Origin: Eledone cirrhosa
Lineage: Eukaryota
Length of the DNA: 64,000 nt
Direction of reading: 5' to 3'
NCBI GenBank assembly: GCA_964016885.1
Contig: OZ024763.1
Coordinates: 13,702,001 to 13,766,000, forward strand
Shown here one piece after another: positions 57,376-64,000 of this stretch (position 1 is the first letter of the stretch; every line of letters begins with the position of its first letter). The notes beneath the pieces were generated by a model. It saw nothing but the letters and a program-made list of their open reading frames with translations, ran no database searches and was not told where the DNA came from. The position numbers and the translations under genes are program-made.

Positions 57376-59217
57376 CTCAGCCGTTGGGGTCCTACTCGTT
57401 CCTATATATATATATATATTTATAGTATTAAGGATACTATTTATGGTTATGTATATACTAAAACCTTTTATAGTTATATATATTTTAAACCCTAAATAGT
57501 GAAAGACAGTAATTTATTACTATCTTATTACCAGTAAGATAAATAGCTCAATGTAACAACATCAGTTGTTTTACAGAGCAGTTATATATTTATATATCTA
57601 TACATATATTTATATATATATATATATATAAATATATATATATATAGGAACGAGTAGGACCCCGATGGCTGAGCTCAAGCCGTTTCGACGGCTAATTCTG
57701 GACGGCTAATTCAGTCCAGAATTAACCGTCGAAACGGCTTGAGCTCAGCTGTCGGGGTCCTACTCGTTCCTATTACCCACTCTACTACCCTAAGTATTGA
57801 GTACTTTGGTGCGTTATGGTCCACCTGGTTCCTTACCACATTTCCTTCATTATGTATATATATATACACATTTTAGTACAGCATAAACGAAGCTTTAGGT
57901 TGCGGCCAAGCTAACGAATGCAAATTCGGTATGTAGCTTTAGCACTCGAATGGGAATAGTACCCCAGAGTAATAACAATACGTTTAGACAGCTTAGCAAA
58001 TCAAATATAGCGATAGGCAGTCCAGCCGCATTACTACAGCAACGAAAATACAGGACTCAGGAAAAGATTTTAGACTGACCTGGACAGAACGCTGGGACCG
58101 AATGCAATATATAATGCATATCGAATAGCACACAATATACATCACATACAGCACACAACATCAGCGCTAGATTTCTGCAAATCCAAGATTGACAAATTCC
58201 ACTTGCAGGGGTCTGCAAGTTAATGGTTTTTGACGACAGAACAAAGGATTTACTTCTTCAGCAAGTCTTGTGTTCTTTAGCCTCTGCGAGTATGTTCTAG
58301 CAGTAAATTTCGCTATAGACACGTGGTTTTCTTCAAGGGAGGTAACCCCCGCTTTGGCGGTGAATTCAAATTTGAGACAAAGGAATATAATTCCTTTAGA
58401 CAAACCGAATTAAGCATTCAACCAGAAGTTATCAAACAAACATAAACAATTAATCAATCAATAGAATCATCTAATTAAATTAATCAGTTAATCGTTAATT
58501 CTAGGAGTTAAAATACAAATTTTAGTACAGCATTAACGAAGCTTTAGTTTGCGGCCAAGCTAACGAATGCTTGCCACAAGGGCGCAAAAGATGGGGACAA
58601 ATACAATTGGGGAGTTTACATACAAGGTGTGTAAAAATGTATAACAAAAATAATGAATAAAACAAACGAAATCCCCAATAGGCGGGGGAGGCGTTACAAA
58701 TGGGTTGCACACACTCCGAAAAAATGTACAACCCTCATCTCCAGGAGCACAAAGAGCGAGCACTCCTCTCCTCTCTTCCTCTTCTTCCTCAACCTACAGG
58801 TTTATATAGAGAGAAGGCCCAACCACTCGGGATATCCTTGCCACATTCACCCCACCTTTCGTAAAACTTGCTGGGGTGCAGTACCTCTCTCTCTCCACTC
58901 TGAATCTTCTTCTGAAATGGTATTTGAAGAAGCGAACCAGTTGTTCGCCGGAGAGAAAGGCGTCTGACCTCAGCCCTTTCAGTCTCGTCCACCATATAGC
59001 CTCTTTCACCATAGCCATTTACACAGAGGAAAACCACTTCTCCTTCGTTTTTGAAGGAAGGTGGCGGTTTGATCGCAATAATGGACTCGGTGGTCAACCG
59101 GATTTGTCCCACCCGCGACAGTAGTCGTTCTGCGTAGCTCCACAGAGATAGACAGTGTCAGCAATTGGAAAGACCAATGGAAACATTGTTTCCTCGGTCC
59201 GAGTTGACAATCGACTG

Positions 59218-59265
<48 letters not shown>

Positions 59266-59349
59266 AGAGGTAAACAGAAATAACAACACAATCAGTGCAG
59301 TATATGGAAGGGATATATTAGGTTAACACTTGATATAGCAAGAAGAGGG

Positions 59350-59385
59350 TCTTAACGTTTCGGACGCTAGTCCTTCATCAGAAGA
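59350..59385 (-). ncRNA. Minimal hammerhead motif (Penelope-type)
   Basis: TCTT CTGATGA A GGAC-tagc-GTCC GAAACGTT AAGA: 4-bp stem I, 4-bp stem II, palindromic AACGTT. Confidence 0.8.
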
Positions 59386-59537
59386 AAGAATGAGAAATAA
59401 AATAGATTGAGGGGACGGGCGGGTTGGATGGAATTGGAAAAAATGTCTTTAGATAAAAATAACAGGTCTATTCATGTTGACATCTCTTAATGTGTATGTA
59501 TATATATAATGTGTTTATATATAGATATATTATATAT

Positions 59538-59581
<44 letters not shown>

Positions 59582-59656
59582 TATATAATATATATATATC
59601 ATCATCATCGTTTAACGTCCATTTTCCACGCTAGCATGGATATATATATGTATATA

Positions 59657-59731
<75 letters not shown>

Positions 59732-59854
59732 TATATATATATATATATAATATATATATATATTATATATATTATATATATATATATATAATATATATAT
59801 ATATTATATATATATATTATATATATAATATATATATATATTATATATATATAT

Positions 59855-59925
<71 letters not shown>

Positions 59926-59949
59926 CACACATTATATATATATGTATAT

Positions 59950-60490
59950 GGTTCCGTTGTGAGCGCTTTCCCAATGTGTGCAAGGTACAGCACGGCCATC
60001 TGACGAGACTTCTCTCATAATGGATCCACCCAACCCCAAAATTACGGTTCCGATGTGAGCAGATTGTGGTGCGGGCAACTGGCCAGACACTCTTCATAAC
60101 ACCAACCTCATTTTACAGTGTCACACTGTAAAATGAGGTTGGTGTTAGGAAGGGCATCCAGCTGTAGAAATCATGCCAGAATCAGTTCCCGTCCCACCCT
60201 TGCAAGCAGGGAAAGGCGGACGTAAAATGAAATGAAAAATGAAAACGATGATATTATCATCGTTTTTCATCATTTTACGTCCACTTTTCCCTGCTTCCAA
60301 GGGTGGGACGGGAACTGATTCTGGCTTGATTTCTACAGCTGGATGCCCTTCCTAACACCAACCTCATTTACAGTGAGTGCTGGGTGCTTTTTTGCCGTGG
60401 CACCTCCACGACCACTTTGCAGTGGAATTATAGGAACCCCAGTCCCTATCATTTCATTTATACAGCTGAGTAAACTGGAGCAATGTTAAC
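59950..60490. mobile_element. Rearranged, inverted RTE-3'UTR and SINE fragments
   Basis: 60125-60255 is inverted against 60255-60375; hairpin at 60096-60150. Confidence 0.7.
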
Positions 60491-60512
60491 CACTAAGCCA
60501 TGTGCCTCCATA

Positions 60513-60558
<46 letters not shown>

Positions 60559-60962
60559 GAAGGAAATGTGGTAAGGAACCAGGTGGACCATAACGCACCA
60601 AAGTACTCAAAACTTGGGTTAGTAGAGTGGGTAATAGGAACAAGTAAGACCCCGACGGCTGAGCTCAAGCCGTTTCGACGGCTAATTCTGTACAGAATTA
60701 GCCGTCGAAACGGCTTGAGCTCAGCCGTCGGGGTCTTACTTGTTCCTATATATATATATATATATAGAGCCCAATGCTCTAACCACTAAGCCATGTGCCT
60801 CCATATATATATATATATATAACCAAAGTTTAATATGGTTCAATGATTACTCAATGAATATAGTTTTACAATAGATTAAAAGCACTCTACAGGAAAGTTT
60901 TCTGGAGTTATTAACATTCAGAATATTAATAAATGAAGACATTCACATAATCAAAATATATG

Positions 60963-61025
60963 TTTTATTATATATATTTCGAAGGTACTGTGCTGTTTTT
61001 TCAGTACGTCCTCGTCAGATAAAAT
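60963..61025 (-). ncRNA. Type I hammerhead motif, family B
   Basis: ATTTTAT CTGACGA GGA-C-GTACTG/CAGTAC-C-TTC GAAA TATATA TAATAAAA. Confidence 0.75.
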
Positions 61026-61104
61026 ACATGAATTGATGTATGACATACCTCAACTGTCTTGATAGTTCAATTTCAGTATTGGCAGTCAATACTGGAATTG
61101 AACT

Positions 61105-61383
61105 AAAAAAAATCCCTAAAAAGTTGAAAAAATGAAGTATTTCACCTAATGCGGGCCCTAGAAGAGACTGACTAATACATAGTTACAATTTCAAGGAAAT
61201 CGGTCTGATGTAACGCCTCAAAAAACCCCTAAAAGGTTTTTCACCTAATGCAGGCCCTAGGGAATCAAAAAGTTGAATTTATGTGCATAACACTCCCTGA
61301 AACATAAGTAATACACATGTAAAGTTTGAAAAAAATCGGTTGGGTATTTCTCGAGTTTTAGGGATTCAAACTCACATACACAC

Positions 61384-61421
<38 letters not shown>

Positions 61422-61445
61422 CAGCCTCAGTTTGATATATATATA
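61105..61445 (+). mobile_element. Possible Helentron/HINE-type non-autonomous element
   Basis: Internal repeats aatttcaaggaaatcgg and aagtttgaaaaaaatcgg followed by (CA)n and a T-rich/TA end, an architecture like DINE-1-type elements. Confidence 0.4.
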
Positions 61446-61451
61446 CACACT

Positions 61452-61495
<44 letters not shown>

Positions 61496-62000
61496 CATAC
61501 ACACTCACATATATATATATATACATACACACGCGCATGCACACATATTTAGACGATAACACTTACACATATTTATGCTTGCATACACGCACAGTCACAC
61601 ATACACATACATACACTGACTCGCACCCCACTGAAGTAGATATTCCATCCTCTGAACATACTAAGTGGTATCAAAATAAATAAGTATATTTGTAAGTACA
61701 TATACTAAGGCAATTATATTTGTGTATATATATATGTATACACACACACACACACACACACACATACACACACACACATACACACACATACACACACACA
61801 CTTGTGTGTATGTGTTTGTATGTATGGGAGTTACTAGTTAAAACTACCAAGATCATTGTTCAGATTAGTCCTTGATACTTAACAAAGTATAGTGTATGGT
61901 GTATGATGATTTTCTGCCCTACAGCTGAGCTCTTACCATTTCAACAATAATATATATATATATGGTTGAAAGGATAAATTGTTTGCTTAAACTTTTATAT

Positions 62001-64000
62001 ATCATCATCACATCATCATCACCGTTTTACGTCCGTTCTTCCACGCTAGCATGGGTTAGACGGGTTGTCCTGTTGTGGGCAGTGTCTGGTCGGCTGACCA
62101 TGCCTTGCTCATACAGGAACTGATCTGGCTTGATTTCTACAGCTGGATGCCCTTCCTAACACCAACCTCATTTACAGTGAGTGCTGGGTGCTTTTTCGTG
62201 GCGCCTACACGTCCACTTTACAGTGTGGGCTGGGTGCTTTTTTGCCGTGGCACCTCCACGACCACCTTGCGGTGGGGGGGGGGGGGGGGGGGGGGCATAT
62301 TGTTTATATGCTTCAGCATGTACCCATGGGAGGTCGGGTACCCTGTATTACTGCGTGACGCCAGAAGTCACGGTCGTGTGTCATTGACTTTGAGAGGTGT
62401 AGTTGGGTAAGGTCGGCTTTTATCACCTCATCCCAAGTCATCTTGGGTCTCCCCACTCCGCGGTTTCCATCAACTTCTAGTGCTCTGCACCTTTTTATGC
62501 AGCTGTCATCCTTCATACGCATCACATGTCCATACCAGCGTAACCGCCTCTCCTGCACGCAGCATTTGATTCCTCTTATGCTCAGTCTCTCTCTCAATTC
62601 ATTTATGCTTTGTCGTTCACGTATATTACTGTTACACATCCATCGGAGCATGCAGGCTTCGTTTCTCTCTAATCTACGTAAGTCTTCCACCTTCAGCGCC
62701 CAGGTCTCACTACCATGCAACATCGCTGTTCGGATACACGCATCATACAGTCTGCCTTTCATTCTGAGGGAGAAGCCTTTTGCAGCTAGCAGTGGTAGTA
62801 GTTCCCTAAACTTCTTCCATCCCGTTCTTACCCTAGTTATTGTACTTTCTGAGCACCCACCTCCGTTGCTAATTCGGTCACCTAGGTAGCAGAAGCTGTC
62901 TACTGTTTCTACAGGGCCCTCCCAGAGATTGGTGGTACTTGTTTCCTGTGGCTGTTTGCTTGCTGTTTCAGCACAGCTGCTGCATGTGAATCCTACATTC
63001 TTAATTAAGCTTCCTGAGATCCCGCTACATCTCTTGTGTACCCATTGTTTGCATTTGGGGCAAAGAATGGAGTTCCTACCTACACCTTTCCTACATACTG
63101 AGCAAGGCCATTTCCCTGAGGGGATCTGGGTTCTGTTTTCTCGTCTACTTATAAGGACCTTAGTCTTTGTCATGTTGACTTTGAGGCCCTTTCTCTCTAG
63201 TCCCTGCTTCCAGGTTTGGAATTTATTCTCTAGTTCTACCATAGATTCAGCTATGAGTGCGAGGTCATCAGCATACAGGAGTTCCCATGGGCATCCGGTC
63301 TTAAACTCCTCCGTTATTGCCTGCAGGACTATGATGAACAGGAGAGGGCTAAGAACAGAGCCCTGGTGGACCCCAACCTGTACGCTAAATTCCTCGCTAT
63401 ACTCATTGCCAATCCTAACTTTGCTGACTGCTCCCCTATACATGGCTTGTACCGCTTTCACAAGCCATTCATCTACTCCTAGTTTTCTAAGAGCCCACCA
63501 GATTACTGCACGTGGAACTCTGTCAAAGGCTTTCTCAAGGTCGACAAATGCCAAGTAGAGTGGCTTACTTTTAGCTAGGTACTTTTCCTGTAATTGCCTC
63601 ACAAGGAAGAGCGCATCAGTGGTGCCTTTCCCTGGAACAAACCCAAATTGCATCTCGTCTATATTCACCCGGTCCCTAATCAGCTGTGCTATAACTCTTT
63701 CTGTTACTTTCATGACCTGGTCCATCAACTTTATACCTCTATAGTTTCCTCTATCTAGTGCATCGCCTTTACCTTTGTAGCAGTTGACAATGATGCTACT
63801 GCACCAATCTTTTGGTATGGCCCCCTCTAGTATTACCTGGTTAACGATACGTGTGGTTATAGTGTGACCTACAGACCCAGATGCCTTCAGCATCTCGGCA
63901 GCTATACCCGATGGACCGGTTGCCTTCCCTATCTTCATATCTCTGATTGCCTTACTTACTACGCTGCCGCTGACTTGTACTGCTGGTCCCTCTATAGGGT
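62001..64000 (-). mobile_element. RTE-clade non-LTR retrotransposon, 3' portion (continues past window end)
   Basis: Uninterrupted RT ORF, ~300 nt 3'UTR shared with many truncated copies in the window, (GAT)n tail near 62001-62020. Confidence 0.95.
62313..63998 (-). CDS. RTE reverse transcriptase (partial) with embedded C4HC3 PHD-type finger
   Basis: NYRGIKL, QFGF, FVDLEKAFD, GVHQGSVLSPLLF, YADD, YLG and RRLRWYGHV motifs. The frame stays open to the window edge (PIEGPAVQVSGSVVSKAIRD-MKIGK). Confidence 0.95.
   Translation of the reverse strand, partial: PIEGPAVQVSGSVVSKAIRDMKIGKATGPSGIAAEMLKASGSVGHTITTRIVNQVILEGAIPKDWCSSIIVNCYKGKGDALDRGNYRGIKLMDQVMKVTERVIAQLIRDRVNIDEMQFGFVPGKGTTDALFLVRQLQEKYLAKSKPLYLAFVDLEKAFDRVPRAVIWWALRKLGVDEWLVKAVQAMYRGAVSKVRIGNEYSEEFSVQVGVHQGSVLSPLLFIIVLQAITEEFKTGCPWELLYADDLALIAESMVELENKFQTWKQGLERKGLKVNMTKTKVLISRRENRTQIPSGKWPCSVCRKGVGRNSILCPKCKQWVHKRCSGISGSLIKNVGFTCSSCAETASKQPQETSTTNLWEGPVETVDSFCYLGDRISNGGGCSESTITRVRTGWKKFRELLPLLAAKGFSLRMKGRLYDACIRTAMLHGSETWALKVEDLRRLERNEACMLRWMCNSNIRERQSINELRERLSIRGIKCCVQERRLRWYGHVMRMKDDSCIKRCRALEVDGNRGVGRPKMTWDEVIKADLTQLHLSKSMTHDRDFWRHAVIQGTRPPMGTC

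Noticed and set aside
61925-61950. Possible terminal exon AELLPFQQ* after ttttctgccctacag (alternative ASQGF* near 55819)
   Set aside because: Phase-compatible but too short to distinguish from chance. The gene may continue beyond the window.

Overview
AT-rich, microsatellite-saturated eukaryotic DNA. The SINE/RTE content and (TA)n/(CA)n density suggest an invertebrate, probably an octopus-type coleoid (inference). One spliced protein-coding gene can be reconstructed on the + strand: a signal-peptide exon (978-1083), a ~47.5 kb first intron, then four phase-compatible exons (48627-54088) encoding a divergent CUB-like domain. Its 3' end is not identified. Most entries in the ORF track are artefacts of simple repeats. 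The rest is repeats: a long-ORF RTE LINE with an embedded PHD-type finger running off the right edge, many 5'-truncated RTE copies, two kinds of tRNA-derived SINE, a DD41D-type Tc1/mariner relic, nested MITEs, and many minisatellites that arose inside TEs. The most striking signal is a set of short, non-coding, often fold-back elements sitting in (TA)n tracts. They fall into at least 8 sequence-divergent families and carry about 19 type-I hammerhead ribozyme motifs with intact cores (CUGAnGA-stem II-GAAA-short stem III-NUH) and covarying stems. Most families also share an RAGYRCTC motif 30-65 nt from the (TA)n junction. They most resemble non-autonomous or truncated Penelope-like retroelements. 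All structures were read by eye, and repeat boundaries are approximate.
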